The notes under the pieces were generated by a model, which did not search any database, was not told where the DNA came from, and worked only from the letters and a program-made list of their open reading frames with translations. Positions 49,068-60,492 of a DNA stretch of 64,000 nt are shown here, piece after piece (the first letter of the stretch is position 1; each line of letters starts with the position of its first letter). Source of the DNA: Escherichia coli (GTDB lineage: Bacteria; Pseudomonadota; Gammaproteobacteria; Enterobacterales; Enterobacteriaceae). A program made the translations under genes and the position numbers. The stretch is from the NCBI RefSeq assembly GCF_044324875.1, contig NZ_CP172185.1. One strand, 5' to 3'.

Positions 49068-50306
49068 TCACTCAGGTTTTGGGCAACGCTGTTCCTTCCA
49101 GCTGGCTACCGCCGCAATCCGCCGTCGGGTCAGCTCCTCGCGAATCTCCACACCTTTAAATCCCGCTTCAACGACGGCTTTTGTCGGCACTGACTGTGCC
49201 ACTTCCCAGGCTTCGCGCAACCAGCGGCCTTGCGGGTAGTCCGCTGATTCAAAACCGGTTCTGCCGCGCACATCAGCCTCACTGGTCAGCGCCAGTTGCT
49301 CGACACGCTGCGGTTTACGCCAGGCGTCAATGGAATCAAACAATTTGACGATGGTTTTTGGGTTCAGCATTGGGAAGGTGTGGATGAGATCGTGAAACTC
49401 AGCCACCAGTCTGGCTAAATCGCGAATTTCATTTGGCACGCGCAGACGCTGACAGAGTTGTTCCACTAACTTAACACCCGCCGGGCCATGACCATGATGA
49501 CGCGGCCAAAGTTCTGGTGGCGTCAGTCCTTTACCGAGATCGTGGCATAACGTCGCAAAACGGACATCGACCTGCGGACTTAGCATCGCCGCCATGGAGA
49601 GCGTCATTAAGGTATGAATACCGGTGTCGATTTCCGGATGCCACCTGGCAGGGGCCGGAACGCCAAACAGGGCGTCAATTTCCGGGAATAAAACGCGCAG
49701 TGCGCCGCAATCGCGCAGTACCTGGAAGAACACCTGGGGATTGCGGGTAGTGAGGGCGCTTTCCGTCTCTTTCCACACCCGTTCAGGCGTCAGGTGTTCC
49801 AGTTCACCCGCGTGGGTCATCTCGCGCATCAGCGCCAGAGTTTCATCGGCAATACGAAAACCGAGGTGGGCATAACGCGCAGCAAAACGCGCCACGCGCA
49901 GTACGCGTAACGGATCTTCGCCAAAAGCGGGGGATACATGGCGCAACAGACGATTTTGCAGATCGCCCAGACCGTTGTACGGGTCGATAATCTCGCCGTT
50001 ATCGTCCTGGGCCAGCGCATTAATGGTCAGATCACGACGCTGAAGATCATCTTCCAGCGTGACATCCGGTGCGGCATAGCAGGTAAAACCGGTGTAACCG
50101 GAACCGGATTTCCGTTCGGTACGTGCCAGCGCATACTCTTCATGCGTTTGCGGATGCAGAAAAACAGGAAAATCGCGGCCTACCTGCTGGTAGCCCGCGT
50201 CGAGCATCTCCTGTGGCGTACTGCCGACCACCACCCAATCTCTGTCTTTGACCGGTAGCCCTAACAATGCATCCCGAACAGCACCACCGACCAGATAAAT
50301 CTTCAC
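49068..50306 (-). CDS. cca: tRNA CCA-adding nucleotidyltransferase / phosphohydrolase Cca
   Basis: Track ORF 412 aa [34 protein letters not shown]... Confidence 0.9.
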   Translation of the reverse strand: MKIYLVGGAVRDALLGLPVKDRDWVVVGSTPQEMLDAGYQQVGRDFPVFLHPQTHEEYALARTERKSGSGYTGFTCYAAPDVTLEDDLQRRDLTINALAQDDNGEIIDPYNGLGDLQNRLLRHVSPAFGEDPLRVLRVARFAARYAHLGFRIADETLALMREMTHAGELEHLTPERVWKETESALTTRNPQVFFQVLRDCGALRVLFPEIDALFGVPAPARWHPEIDTGIHTLMTLSMAAMLSPQVDVRFATLCHDLGKGLTPPELWPRHHGHGPAGVKLVEQLCQRLRVPNEIRDLARLVAEFHDLIHTFPMLNPKTIVKLFDSIDAWRKPQRVEQLALTSEADVRGRTGFESADYPQGRWLREAWEVAQSVPTKAVVEAGFKGVEIREELTRRRIAAVASWKEQRCPKPE

Positions 50307-50369
50307 GCCATCATCCCTTCGTCAAATACACAATTCCTAATAATAAGACAGTGCAACGAAGAAGGCGAT

Positions 50370-50990
50370 TTAGTTCATCCAGCGATCTTTGCGTTTGCGG
50401 CTTGGGATCAGGTGCGGCAGTACCAGACCGAGCAGCAAGCCAAGCCCCAGCACGCCACCGCCATACATAAACCATTGCATGATGATGGTGCGCTGTTTGT
50501 CATCCAGCTGTACGCTGGCGGCATCGACCTTTTTCTGTGCGACAATCAGCTCGTTTTTCAGTTTCTGATTTTCTTCTTTTAACCCGTTGATCACGCTGTC
50601 GCTCTGCGCCACTTTTTGCTGCATTTCTGCGGTGCGCTGATTCCAGGTGTTATCGATATTGGTGAGTTTATCGGTCAGGGTTTTGACCTGATTTTCCAGA
50701 TCTGGCACACGGGAGCGCAGGCTTGGCTCTGTGCTAAGTTGTTTCAACGGGATCCAGGCGGTACGGCCAGAGCTGTCTTTCACCTGGGCATAATTGGTGT
50801 TGGCGTCAGTTTGTAATAAGGTCACTTCCTCGCCGGCGTTAACCGTGCCCACGAGGCGATAATGGTCTCCCGGACCGCTACGGACCCAGGTATTCAGTTC
50901 GTCGGAAACATAGCGCGTTTCTTCAGCGTGTGAGACGGCAGTGGCGCTAAGTGCGAGTAAAGTTAATCCGATCAGGCGTAATTTTGGCAT
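50370..50990 (-). CDS. ygiM: SH3-domain signal-anchored protein YgiM
   Basis: Track ORF 206 aa MPKLRLIGLTLLALSATAVSHAEETRYVSDELNTW...; coiled-coil and C-terminal TM. Confidence 0.85.
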   Translation of the reverse strand: MPKLRLIGLTLLALSATAVSHAEETRYVSDELNTWVRSGPGDHYRLVGTVNAGEEVTLLQTDANTNYAQVKDSSGRTAWIPLKQLSTEPSLRSRVPDLENQVKTLTDKLTNIDNTWNQRTAEMQQKVAQSDSVINGLKEENQKLKNELIVAQKKVDAASVQLDDKQRTIIMQWFMYGGGVLGLGLLLGLVLPHLIPSRKRKDRWMN

Positions 50991-51231
50991 CAGGCTGTCG
51001 TTATTGTCATGGAAAGTGGAACGATAGTAGTGGCATCAGTGTCGCTACGCAAAGCATTCGACATCAATCGGAATCCTCTGTGTCAGGTCTTGCCACTGCT
51101 TCAAACTTTTACGCCCGTCAAATTGCCCGTTGCATGGCAATTTGGCGCAAAATACTATCTACTGACAAAAAAGATCGCATTAAGTTCGCCGTTCATCGTC
51201 ACTTATGTGACATAACCGATAAGTAAAGGCC

Positions 51232-52533
51232 ATGGCTCAGGAAATCGAATTAAAGTTTATTGTTAATCACAGTGCCGTTGAGGCGTTGCGTGACCATCTC
51301 AATACGCTGGGCGGCGAGCACCATGACCCCGTGCAGTTGTTGAATATTTACTACGAAACGCCGGATAACTGGCTGCGTGGGCACGACATGGGCTTGCGTA
51401 TTCGTGGCGAAAACGGTCGCTATGAGATGACCATGAAAGTTGCAGGAAGAGTGACAGGCGGCTTACACCAGCGCCCGGAATATAACGTGGCGTTGAGCGA
51501 ACCGACGCTCGACCTGGCGCAGTTACCGACGGAAGTCTGGCCGAACGGCGAATTGCCTGCCGATCTCGCTTCCCGCGTACAACCGCTGTTCAGCACCGAT
51601 TTTTATCGCGAAAAGTGGCTGGTAGAGGTTGATGGTAGCCAAATTGAAATCGCCCTCGACCAGGGGGAAGTGAAAGCAGGTGAATTTGCTGAACCTATCT
51701 GCGAGCTGGAACTGGAACTGCTTAGCGGCGACACGCGCGCGGTGCTGAAACTGGCGAACCAACTGGTATCGCAAACCGGATTACGCCAGGGCAGCCTGAG
51801 CAAAGCGGCGCGTGGCTATCATCTGGCGCAGGGCAATCCGGCGCGTGAAATCAAACCGACCACCATTTTGCATGTTGCGGCAAAAGCCGATGTGGAACAG
51901 GGGCTGGAAGCGGCGTTCGAGCTGGCGTTAGCGCAATGGCAGTATCATGAAGAACTGTGGGTACGCGGCAACGATGCGGCGAAAGAACAGGTGCTGGCAG
52001 CCATTAGCCTGGTCCGTCATACGCTGATGCTGTTCGGTGGTATTGTGCCGCGTAAAGCGAGCACTCACTTACGTGATTTGCTGACCCAATGCGAAGCGAC
52101 CATTGCTTCTGCGGTTTCTGCCGTGACGGCGGTCTACTCTACCGAAACGGCAATGGCGAAGCTGGCGTTGACCGAATGGTTGGTAAGCAAAGCATGGCAG
52201 CCATTTTTAGATGCCAAAGCGCAGGGCAAAATCAGCGATTCCTTCAAACGCTTTGCCGATATCCATCTTTCCCGCCATGCCGCGGAACTGAAAAGCGTTT
52301 TCTGCCAGCCGTTAGGCGATCGCTACCATGACCAGTTGCCACGCCTGACGCGTGATATTGATTCGATATTGTTGCTGGCGGGTTACTACGATCCTGTCGT
52401 GGCGCAAGCCTGGCTGGAGAACTGGCAGGGGCTGCGTCACGCTATTACGACTGGGCAACGCATTGAAATTGAACATTTCCGTAATGAGGCAAACAATCAG
52501 GAACCGTTCTGGTTGCACAGCGGAAAACGTTAA
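51232..52533 (+). CDS. ygiF: Inorganic triphosphatase YgiF (CYTH + CHAD domains)
   Basis: Track ORF 433 aa [34 protein letters not shown]... Confidence 0.85.
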   Translation: MAQEIELKFIVNHSAVEALRDHLNTLGGEHHDPVQLLNIYYETPDNWLRGHDMGLRIRGENGRYEMTMKVAGRVTGGLHQRPEYNVALSEPTLDLAQLPTEVWPNGELPADLASRVQPLFSTDFYREKWLVEVDGSQIEIALDQGEVKAGEFAEPICELELELLSGDTRAVLKLANQLVSQTGLRQGSLSKAARGYHLAQGNPAREIKPTTILHVAAKADVEQGLEAAFELALAQWQYHEELWVRGNDAAKEQVLAAISLVRHTLMLFGGIVPRKASTHLRDLLTQCEATIASAVSAVTAVYSTETAMAKLALTEWLVSKAWQPFLDAKAQGKISDSFKRFADIHLSRHAAELKSVFCQPLGDRYHDQLPRLTRDIDSILLLAGYYDPVVAQAWLENWQGLRHAITTGQRIEIEHFRNEANNQEPFWLHSGKR

Positions 52534-52555
52534 TCAGGCAAGGATAAAATCGCTT

Positions 52556-55396
52556 ATGAAGCCGCTCTCTTCACCGTTACAGCAGTACTGGCAGACCGTT
52601 GTTGAGCGGCTGCCAGAGCCTTTAGCCGAGGAATCACTTAGCGCACAGGCGAAGTCAGTACTTACTTTCAGTGATTTTGTGCAGGACAGCGTGATTGCGC
52701 ATCCAGAGTGGCTGACGGAACTGGAAAGCCAACCGCCGCAGGCCGACGAATGGCAGCATTACTCTGCATGGTGGCAGGAGGCGCTCAGTAATGTGAGTGA
52801 CGAAGCCGGGTTAATGCGCGAGCTGCGGCTATTCCGGCGGCGCATTATGGTGCGCATCGCCTGGGCGCAAACGCTGGCATTGGTTACTGAAGAGAGCATT
52901 TTGCAGCAGCTCAGCCATCTGGCGGAGACGCTGATTGTTGCGGCGCGTGACTGGCTGTATGACGCCTGCTGCCGCGAATGGGGAACGCCGTGCAATGCGC
53001 AGGGCGAAGCGCAACCGCTGCTGATTTTAGGCATGGGTAAGCTGGGCGGAGGGGAACTGAATTTCTCCTCAGATATCGATCTGATTTTTGCCTGGCCGGA
53101 ACATGGTTGTACGCAGGGTGGACGCCGGGAACTGGATAACGCCCAGTTTTTTACCCGCATGGGGCAGCGGCTGATTAAAGTGCTGGATCAACCAACGCAG
53201 GATGGCTTCGTCTATCGCGTGGATATGCGACTGCGTCCGTTTGGCGAAAGTGGCCCGCTGGTGCTGAGCTTTGCGGCACTGGAAGATTATTACCAGGAGC
53301 AGGGGCGCGACTGGGAGCGTTACGCGATGGTCAAGGCGCGGATTATGGGCGATAGCGAAGGCGTCTATGCTAACGAGTTGCGTGCGATGCTGCGCCCGTT
53401 TGTTTTCCGTCGTTACATCGATTTCAGCGTGATTCAGTCGCTGCGCAACATGAAAGGGATGATTGCCCGTGAAGTGCGTCGGCGCGGTTTGACCGACAAT
53501 ATCAAACTTGGCGCGGGTGGCATTCGTGAAATTGAATTTATTGTCCAGGTATTCCAGCTCATTCGCGGCGGGCGCGAACCATCGCTGCAATCGCGCTCTT
53601 TACTGCCAACGCTCAGCGCCATTGCCGCGCTGCATCTGCTTTCTGAAAACGATGCTGAACAATTGCGAGTGGCGTATCTGTTCCTGCGGCGTCTGGAAAA
53701 CCTGCTGCAAAGTATTAACGACGAACAAACCCAGACGCTTCCTTCTGATGAGCTTAACTGTGCGCGGTTGGCGTGGGCGATGGACTTTGCTGACTGGCAG
53801 CAACTGACTGGGGCGCTGACCGGACATATGACCAATGTGCGCCGGGTGTTTAATGAATTGATTGGCGACGACGAAAGTGAAACTCAGGAAGAGTCGCTGT
53901 CGGAACAGTGGCGTGAGCTGTGGCAGGACGCGTTGCAGGAAGATGACACTACACCAGTGCTGGCGCATCTTAGCGAGGACGATCGCAAACAGGTGCTGAC
54001 GCTGATTGCCGATTTTCGCAAAGAGCTGGATAAGCGTACCATCGGGCCGCGCGGGCGTCAGGTGCTCGACCATCTGATGCCGCATCTGCTAAGTGATGTC
54101 TGTGCGCGTGAAGACGCTGCTGTCACGCTGTCGCGCATTACCGCCTTGCTGGTGGGGATTGTTACTCGCACCACTTATCTTGAGCTGCTTAGTGAATTCC
54201 CTGCGGCGCTTAAACATTTGATTTCTCTGTGTGCTGCATCGCCGATGATTGCCAGCCAGCTAGCGCGTTATCCATTATTGCTGGACGAACTGCTCGATCC
54301 AAATACCCTTTACCAACCAACGGCGACGGATGCCTACCGTGATGAACTGCGCCAGTATTTGCTGCGTGTGCCGGAAGATGACGAAGAACAACAGCTTGAG
54401 GCGCTGCGTCAGTTCAAACAGGCGCAACTGTTACGTATTGCGGCAGCGGATATCGCCGGTACGCTACCGGTAATGAAAGTGAGCGATCACTTAACCTGGC
54501 TGGCGGAGGCTATGATAGATGCCGTCGTTCAGCAGGCGTGGGTTCAAATGGTTGTCCGCTACGGTAAGCCAAATCACCTGAACGAACGCGAAGGGCGTGG
54601 TTTTGCGGTGGTCGGCTACGGCAAGCTGGGCGGCTGGGAGTTAGGCTACAGTTCCGATCTTGACCTGATCTTCCTCCATGATTGCCCAATGGATGCGATG
54701 ACTGACGGCGAGCGGGAAATCGACGGGCGACAGTTTTATCTGCGTCTGGCGCAACGCATTATGCATCTGTTCAGTACGCGAACCTCTTCCGGCATTTTGT
54801 ATGAAGTGGATGCTAGACTGCGTCCGTCCGGGGCGGCGGGAATGCTGGTTACCTCCGCAGAAGCGTTTGCCGATTATCAGAAAAACGAGGCCTGGACGTG
54901 GGAACATCAGGCGCTGGTGCGTGCGCGTGTAGTGTACGGCGATCCGCAGCTCACCGCGCACTTTGACGCAGTACGCCGGGAGATTATGACGCTGCCGCGC
55001 GAAGGCAAAACCCTGCAAACAGAAGTGCGGGAAATGCGCGAGAAAATGCGTGCCCATCTCGGCAATAAACATCGCGATCGCTTTGATATCAAAGCCGATG
55101 AAGGCGGAATTACCGATATCGAATTTATTACTCAATATCTGGTGTTGCGCTACGCTCATGAAAAACCGAAGTTAACGCGCTGGTCAGACAACGTGCGCAT
55201 TCTGGAACTACTGGCGCAAAACGACATTATGGAAGAGCAGGAAGCGATGGCGCTGACCCGTGCTTACACGACGCTGCGCGATGAACTTCATCATCTGGCA
55301 TTACAGGAATTGCCGGGCCATGTGTCGGAGGATTGCTTCACCGCAGAGCGTGAACTGGTGCGGGCAAGCTGGCAGAAGTGGCTGGTGGAAGAATGA
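52556..55396 (+). CDS. glnE: Glutamine synthetase adenylyltransferase / adenylyl-removing enzyme GlnE
   Basis: Track ORF 52352..55396; start at ATG 52556 ([26 protein letters not shown]...), 946 aa, 22 nt after ygiF stop. Confidence 0.9.
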   Translation: MKPLSSPLQQYWQTVVERLPEPLAEESLSAQAKSVLTFSDFVQDSVIAHPEWLTELESQPPQADEWQHYSAWWQEALSNVSDEAGLMRELRLFRRRIMVRIAWAQTLALVTEESILQQLSHLAETLIVAARDWLYDACCREWGTPCNAQGEAQPLLILGMGKLGGGELNFSSDIDLIFAWPEHGCTQGGRRELDNAQFFTRMGQRLIKVLDQPTQDGFVYRVDMRLRPFGESGPLVLSFAALEDYYQEQGRDWERYAMVKARIMGDSEGVYANELRAMLRPFVFRRYIDFSVIQSLRNMKGMIAREVRRRGLTDNIKLGAGGIREIEFIVQVFQLIRGGREPSLQSRSLLPTLSAIAALHLLSENDAEQLRVAYLFLRRLENLLQSINDEQTQTLPSDELNCARLAWAMDFADWQQLTGALTGHMTNVRRVFNELIGDDESETQEESLSEQWRELWQDALQEDDTTPVLAHLSEDDRKQVLTLIADFRKELDKRTIGPRGRQVLDHLMPHLLSDVCAREDAAVTLSRITALLVGIVTRTTYLELLSEFPAALKHLISLCAASPMIASQLARYPLLLDELLDPNTLYQPTATDAYRDELRQYLLRVPEDDEEQQLEALRQFKQAQLLRIAAADIAGTLPVMKVSDHLTWLAEAMIDAVVQQAWVQMVVRYGKPNHLNEREGRGFAVVGYGKLGGWELGYSSDLDLIFLHDCPMDAMTDGEREIDGRQFYLRLAQRIMHLFSTRTSSGILYEVDARLRPSGAAGMLVTSAEAFADYQKNEAWTWEHQALVRARVVYGDPQLTAHFDAVRREIMTLPREGKTLQTEVREMREKMRAHLGNKHRDRFDIKADEGGITDIEFITQYLVLRYAHEKPKLTRWSDNVRILELLAQNDIMEEQEAMALTRAYTTLRDELHHLALQELPGHVSEDCFTAERELVRASWQKWLVEE

Positions 55397-55443
55397 AGTA
55401 TGGTATTATCGCGCGCAAATTTTGAATCTCTCAGGAGACAGGA

Positions 55444-56877
55444 ATGAAAGTAACGCTGCCAGAGTTTGAACGTGCAGGAGTGATGGTGGTTGGTGATGTG
55501 ATGCTGGATCGTTACTGGTACGGCCCCACCAGTCGTATCTCGCCGGAAGCGCCGGTGCCCGTGGTTAAAGTGAATACCATCGAAGAACGTCCGGGCGGCG
55601 CGGCTAACGTGGCGATGAATATCGCTTCTCTCGGTGCTAATGCACGCCTGGTCGGGTTGACGGGCATTGACGATGCAGCGCGCGCGCTGAGTAAATCTCT
55701 GGCCGACGTCAACGTCAAATGCGACTTCGTTTCTGTACCGACGCATCCGACCATCACCAAATTACGGGTACTTTCCCGCAACCAACAGCTGATCCGTCTG
55801 GATTTTGAAGAAGGTTTCGAAGGGGTTGATCCGCAGCCGCTGCACGAGCGGATTAATCAGGCGCTGAGTTCGATTGGCGCGCTGGTGCTCTCTGACTACG
55901 CGAAAGGTGCGCTGGCAAGCGTGCAGCAGATGATCCAACTGGCGCGTAAAGCGGGCGTTCCGGTGCTGATTGATCCAAAAGGCACCGATTTTGAGCGCTA
56001 CCGCGGCGCTACGCTGTTAACGCCGAATCTCTCGGAATTTGAAGCTGTTGTCGGTAAATGTAAGACCGAAGAAGAGATTGTTGAACGCGGCATGAAACTG
56101 ATTGCCGATTACGAACTCTCGGCTCTGTTAGTGACCCGTTCCGAACAGGGTATGTCGCTGCTGCAACCGGGCAAAACGCCGCTGCATATGCCAACTCAGG
56201 CGCAGGAAGTGTATGACGTTACCGGTGCGGGCGACACGGTGATTGGTGTCCTGGCGGCAACGCTGGCGGCGGGTAATTCGCTGGAAGAAGCCTGCTTCTT
56301 TGCTAATGCGGCGGCAGGCGTAGTGGTCGGCAAACTGGGGACATCCACGGTTTCGCCGATCGAGCTGGAAAACGCAGTACGTGGACGTGCAGATACCGGC
56401 TTTGGTGTGATGACCGAAGAGGAACTGAAGCTTGCTGTGGCGGCGGCGCGTAAACGCGGCGAAAAGGTGGTAATGACCAATGGCGTCTTTGACATCCTGC
56501 ACGCCGGGCACGTCTCTTATCTGGCAAATGCCCGTAAACTGGGTGACCGTTTGATTGTCGCCGTCAACAGCGATGCTTCCACCAAACGGCTGAAAGGGGA
56601 TTCCCGCCCCGTTAACCCTCTCGAGCAGCGTATGATTGTGCTGGGTGCACTGGAAGCGGTCGACTGGGTGGTGTCGTTTGAAGAAGACACGCCGCAGCGC
56701 CTGATCGCCGGGATCTTGCCAGACCTGCTGGTGAAAGGCGGCGACTATAAACCAGAAGAGATTGCCGGGAGTAAAGAAGTCTGGGCCAACGGTGGCGAAG
56801 TGTTGGTGCTCAACTTTGAAGACGGTTGCTCGACGACCAACATCATCAAGAAGATCCAACAGGATAAAAAAGGCTAA
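55444..56877 (+). CDS. hldE: Bifunctional D-glycero-beta-D-manno-heptose-7-phosphate kinase / heptose-1-phosphate adenylyltransferase HldE
   Basis: Track ORF 477 aa [37 protein letters not shown]... Confidence 0.9.
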   Translation: MKVTLPEFERAGVMVVGDVMLDRYWYGPTSRISPEAPVPVVKVNTIEERPGGAANVAMNIASLGANARLVGLTGIDDAARALSKSLADVNVKCDFVSVPTHPTITKLRVLSRNQQLIRLDFEEGFEGVDPQPLHERINQALSSIGALVLSDYAKGALASVQQMIQLARKAGVPVLIDPKGTDFERYRGATLLTPNLSEFEAVVGKCKTEEEIVERGMKLIADYELSALLVTRSEQGMSLLQPGKTPLHMPTQAQEVYDVTGAGDTVIGVLAATLAAGNSLEEACFFANAAAGVVVGKLGTSTVSPIELENAVRGRADTGFGVMTEEELKLAVAAARKRGEKVVMTNGVFDILHAGHVSYLANARKLGDRLIVAVNSDASTKRLKGDSRPVNPLEQRMIVLGALEAVDWVVSFEEDTPQRLIAGILPDLLVKGGDYKPEEIAGSKEVWANGGEVLVLNFEDGCSTTNIIKKIQQDKKG

Positions 56878-56956
56878 CCGGAAAGCGGTTCACAGATCTC
56901 GCTTCGAACCTGGCAGGCCTATTGACGCTGTTTTTTTTCAACCTAAAGTAAAGGAA

Positions 56957-57100
56957 CAAGGGTGAGGGAGGATTTCTCCCCCCTCTGATTGGCTGTTAAT
57001 AAGCTGCGAAACTTACGAGTAACAACACAATCAGTATGATGACCAGCTTCATCATAACCCTTTCCTTATACAAGGCCCCTTCTTCGGGAGGGGCTTTCCC
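56957..57100 (+). ncRNA. sibE: Sib-family antisense sRNA (antitoxin), hldE-proximal copy; ends approximate
   Basis: Promoter TTGACG(56922)-N16-TAAAGT(56944); terminator GCCCCUUC-UUCG-GGAGGGGC + UUU at ~57076-57100; fully overlaps the opposite-strand ibs ORF; symbol assigned by position, from memory. Confidence 0.55.
56996..57055 (-). CDS. ibsE: Ibs-family 19-aa hydrophobic type I toxin peptide (MMKLVIILIVLLLVSFAAY)
   Basis: Reverse-strand ATGATGAAGCTGGTCATCATACTGATTGTGTTGTTACTCGTAAGTTTCGCAGCTTATTAA; too short for the ORF track; which ibs paralog is a positional guess. Confidence 0.65.
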   Translation of the reverse strand: MMKLVIILIVLLLVSFAAY

Positions 57101-57332
57101 GTTTCAGCCCCTTGCTGACTCCCCGATTGTTGATGAGCGCCAGACCCCGCGCAATGCTTTCCCTGATGCAGTTTTGCCTTCCCCGAGCCGTCACGCAAAA
57201 TGCTGCAACAGCCTGATCATTTGCACCTTTTAGCGGAACGCAGATATAAAAAATCCCCGGCTTTTTGGGCCAGGGATGTGGGATAGAGAAACCTTCTTGA
57301 CGCTGATTTTTTTTCAACCTAAAGTAAAGGAA

Positions 57333-57478
57333 CAAGGGTAAGGGAGGATTTCTCCCCCCTCTGAATTGGTTGTTAATAAGCCTGGAAACTTACTAGTAAC
57401 AACACAATCAGTATGATGACGAGCTTCATCATAACCCTTTCCTTCTATAAGGCCCCTTCTTCGGGAGGGGCTTTCCCG
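57333..57478 (+). ncRNA. sibD: Sib-family antisense sRNA (antitoxin), yqiK-proximal copy; ends approximate
   Basis: Promoter TTGACG(57297)-N17-TAAAGT(57320); same UUCG-loop terminator at ~57452-57478; symbol assigned by position, from memory. Confidence 0.55.
57373..57432 (-). CDS. ibsD: Ibs-family 19-aa hydrophobic type I toxin peptide (MMKLVIILIVLLLVSFQAY)
   Basis: Reverse-strand ATGATGAAGCTCGTCATCATACTGATTGTGTTGTTACTAGTAAGTTTCCAGGCTTATTAA; differs from copy 1 at residue 17 (A vs Q) and by synonymous changes. Confidence 0.65.
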   Translation of the reverse strand: MMKLVIILIVLLLVSFQAY

Positions 57479-57671
57479 TTTCAGCCCCCTGCTGACTCCC
57501 CGATTGTTGATGAGCGCCAGACCCCGCGCAACGCTTTCCCAGAGGCAGTTTTCCCTTCCCCGAGCGGTCACGCAAAATGCTGCAACAGCCTGATCATTTG
57601 CACCTTTTAGCGGAACGCAGATATAAAAAATCCCCGGCTTTTTGGGCCAGGGATTATTCATAGAAGAGGGT

Positions 57672-59333
57672 TTACTCTGTTTTTTCTTCGACGGGAGTTG
57701 TTGAGGTTAAGGGTGAAGTCAATGCCGCCAGCGAGCCGCCAGAAACACCGATTTCATTGAGCAAGGAGTCAATCAGTGGTGCCTGTGTGCGGTAAGAAAG
57801 GGCGGCAGACAATGCCTGTTCTGCCAGGTTTCCGCCACTAACGCTGCCTGATGCCGCATTCCCCGCAGCGCCACCTCGGTTTAATCCATCGACCTGAATA
57901 ATCTTGATGCCGTCAATGGACTTCATCGGCTCAACGGATTTCTCTATTACCGCAGGTAATGATTGTAATAGCGCCAGTTTGAATTTAAGGCTGGTTTGCT
58001 CGTCAGAAAGTACGTTGATAGCGTCGTTCAGCGCACGTTGCGCTTCTGCTTCCGCCAGACCCTTTTTACGCGTAGCTTCGGCTAACTCAACGATTGCCGC
58101 CGCCTGCATCTCTGCGGCTTCTTTTTCAGCTTTCGCCCGGACGGTCAGTTCGACTGCTTTGGTTTCCGCGTCCTGCGCGGCAGCGATTAGGGCAACTTGT
58201 TTAGCACGATCGGCTTCTGCGGTCTGGCGAGTGGTTTCAACGTTTTGCTGGGCGCTTACCGCTTCTGCAAGTGCAAGGTTGGCACGCGCTTCCGCTTGTG
58301 ACTGCTGTTCCGATTTGGCGGCAATAGCGATCGATTTCGTCTGGTTGGCGATTTCGGTGACCTGCTGCTGTTCGATCTCTTTAATGCGAACTTCACGTTC
58401 AGCTTCAACTTTTCTGGAACGGACGGCCTGTTCGCGGTCGATTTCCGTTTCCTGAATCTGTCGTTCAGCCAGAATTCGCGTCTGCTCTGCTTCCCGACGA
58501 CGCTCGGCCTCAAAAGCCGCAATTTTCGCATTCTGCTCAGCGGTACGGGTTTTAACCTGCTGCTCCTGCTCAAGCGTCATAAACGCTTCTTGTTGTTCAA
58601 TCTCCAGCTTGCGCGAAAGCGCATCACGGTTTTTCTCACGCACCGCAACTTCTACATCCTGTTCAACTTCGTTACGTTCGCGACGACGGCGCTCCGTCTC
58701 CTGCGTCAGCTTGGTTAAACCTTCGGCGTCAAAGGCGTTGTTAGGATTGAAATGTTCTTTCGACGTCTGGTTAAAGTTGGTAAGTGAAACGCTTTCCAGT
58801 TCCAGGCCGTTTTTCGACAGATCTTCAGCTACGGTATTTTGTACTCCCTGCACGAAGTTCTCGCGGGTATCCTGTAACTCATGCATGGTCATTTGTGCAG
58901 CTGTTGCACGGAGGGCATCGACAAATTTATCTTCAACCAACATACGTAAGTCTTCAGGCGACAGGGTGCGTTGTCCCAGCGTCTGGGCGGCGGTGGCAAT
59001 CCCTTCAACTGAAGGTTTTACCCGCACAAAGAAAGCGACCACGACATCGACGCGCATACGATCTTTCGTAATCAGGCTATCAATGGTTGAGCGGCTGACT
59101 TCCAGCTTCAGGGTATTCATATTGATGGGGATTATTTCATGAAAGATCGGCATCACGATTGCGCCACCGCTCATTACCACTTTTTGCCCACCTAAACCAG
59201 TACGAACAAAAGCTTGCTCTGCCGAAGCGCGACGATAGAGCCTGGCGAAAATAATTCCAATAATAAACAGAATGCATACGGCAATAATTGCGGTAAACAT
59301 CCAGGAGGGCACAGAATTAACAATATCATCCAT
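57672..59333 (-). CDS. yqiK: Flotillin-like SPFH/band-7 inner membrane protein YqiK with long Ala/Glu-rich coiled coil
   Basis: Track ORF 553 aa MDDIVNSVPSWMFTAIIAVCILFIIGIIFARLYRRASAEQAFVRTGLGGQKVVMSGG... Confidence 0.85.
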   Translation of the reverse strand: MDDIVNSVPSWMFTAIIAVCILFIIGIIFARLYRRASAEQAFVRTGLGGQKVVMSGGAIVMPIFHEIIPINMNTLKLEVSRSTIDSLITKDRMRVDVVVAFFVRVKPSVEGIATAAQTLGQRTLSPEDLRMLVEDKFVDALRATAAQMTMHELQDTRENFVQGVQNTVAEDLSKNGLELESVSLTNFNQTSKEHFNPNNAFDAEGLTKLTQETERRRRERNEVEQDVEVAVREKNRDALSRKLEIEQQEAFMTLEQEQQVKTRTAEQNAKIAAFEAERRREAEQTRILAERQIQETEIDREQAVRSRKVEAEREVRIKEIEQQQVTEIANQTKSIAIAAKSEQQSQAEARANLALAEAVSAQQNVETTRQTAEADRAKQVALIAAAQDAETKAVELTVRAKAEKEAAEMQAAAIVELAEATRKKGLAEAEAQRALNDAINVLSDEQTSLKFKLALLQSLPAVIEKSVEPMKSIDGIKIIQVDGLNRGGAAGNAASGSVSGGNLAEQALSAALSYRTQAPLIDSLLNEIGVSGGSLAALTSPLTSTTPVEEKTE

Positions 59334-59359
59334 TATTAAATTTCCTTTTGATTAATAAA

Positions 59360-59989
59360 TTACAATATTTGGGGCCAGGGATTGTTATCCGCCAAATATC
59401 GCGTTGCAGAAAGTCGGCAAATAATTAACACTTTGTCTCCTTTAGTGAAAATTTTTCCTTCTTCAGGCTCCAGTAGTAAATAATGTATTTGGCCAAATTG
59501 ATCGGTGAGTTTTCCTTCGCAGGGATTACCTGAAGTCGCTTGATGTCCGGTAATTAACGCCATGCTACCAATATATTCTTCTTCTGTAATAGCTGAACTA
59601 TGGTCGCGTGGAATCCAGGGCGCAACTATTTTACCGGTATAATGCACCGCAATAATCGTAAACAGTAAACTGACAGGAACCACGAACAGGTTCGAGAGTG
59701 GTGATTGCCAGACCATGATGCAGGTATGCTGCAACAGGATGCCAATAAGACCAAAAAAACCAGCCAGTAAGCAGAGAACGACGAGAGCTGGCAATCTTCC
59801 GATATTGAGATAATGAAGTGCCTGGCTAATATGACCTGTGGTTATGGAATCATAATGGTCAAGATGTGCATCAAGAGCACCGGAGAGCATATGACCGCAG
59901 ATAAGCGCAAAAATTTCTAAAAGGCCGATCAACAGTACAAAGGAAATAGCGAAAAGATAAGGGGTGTTATAGTCGGCGAATAAAATCAT
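59360..59989 (-). CDS. yqiJ: NfeD-like inner membrane protein YqiJ (partner of YqiK)
   Basis: Track ORF 209 aa [35 protein letters not shown]... Confidence 0.85.
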   Translation of the reverse strand: MILFADYNTPYLFAISFVLLIGLLEIFALICGHMLSGALDAHLDHYDSITTGHISQALHYLNIGRLPALVVLCLLAGFFGLIGILLQHTCIMVWQSPLSNLFVVPVSLLFTIIAVHYTGKIVAPWIPRDHSSAITEEEYIGSMALITGHQATSGNPCEGKLTDQFGQIHYLLLEPEEGKIFTKGDKVLIICRLSATRYLADNNPWPQIL

Positions 59990-60257
59990 ATGTCACTCCA
60001 ATGTCCATTTAGTGACGCAATATTTACTTTAGGATAGTTTCCTTGCTTACATTTATCTTTGTTAATAATAACACATGTTAGAGAAGTTCTGGAAGAGAAA
60101 GTCTTTTAATATGGTTTTTTATTTTTCACTAAAAAGTGTGATCGGGGACAATATATTTACGCACGTTATGTTTAAAGGCACTACACTGATTGGGGAATAC
60201 TGAAATCAGAAAAAGCATATGGCCTTAAAAGGTATGCGATAACCGGAGGATGTGCTT

Positions 60258-60458
60258 ATGGATCATAGTCTTAATTCTTTAAATAATTTCGATTTCCTGG
60301 CGCGTAGTTTTGCCAGAATGCACGCAGAAGGTCGCCCGGTCGATATTCTGGCCGTTACTGGTAACATGGATGAAGAACATAGAACCTGGTTTTGCGCACG
60401 TTATGCCTGGTATTGCCAACAGATGATGCAAACCAGAGAACTTGAATTAGAACACTGA
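60258..60458 (+). CDS. glgS: GlgS (surface-composition / glycogen-associated small protein)
   Basis: Track ORF 60252..60458 begins at GTG; conserved start ATG 60258 ([29 protein letters not shown]...) with SD GGAGGA; 66 aa. Confidence 0.85.
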
Positions 60459-60464
60459 TATTAC

Positions 60465-60490
60465 GGGCCGTCTGGCCCGTTTTTGTGTTG
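60465..60490 (+). terminator. Intrinsic terminator after glgS (sits between convergent glgS and ubiK stops)
   Basis: GGGCC-GTCT-GGCCC followed by GTTTTTGTGTT. Confidence 0.65.
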
Positions 60491-60492
60491 CT

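Larger units (their letters stand above)
56918..57654. repeat. Direct tandem duplication (2 x ~360 bp, period 377 bp) carrying the ibs/Sib type I toxin-antitoxin units
   Basis: Near-identical runs starting TTGACGCTG(T/A)TTTTTTTCAACCTAAAGTAAAGGAACAAGGGT(G/A)AGGGAGG at 56922 and 57297, each ending ...AAAAAATCCCCGGCTTTTTGGGCCAGGGAT. Confidence 0.9.

Noticed and set aside
57036-57233. Plus-strand 65-aa ORF (MMTSFIITLSLYKAPSSGG...) and its twin at 57413-57610
   Set aside because: They are the antisense reading of the ibs toxin/Sib region and occur only because the unit is duplicated; the plus strand here is better explained as the Sib sRNA with its own promoter and terminator.
57066-57661. Minus-strand ORFs 57066-57335 (89 aa) and 57314-57661 (115 aa) spanning the sib/ibs repeats
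   Set aside because: Near-identical because they lie in the tandem repeat; no RBS, they run through terminator hairpins, and the real minus-strand coding unit is the 19-codon ibs ORF.
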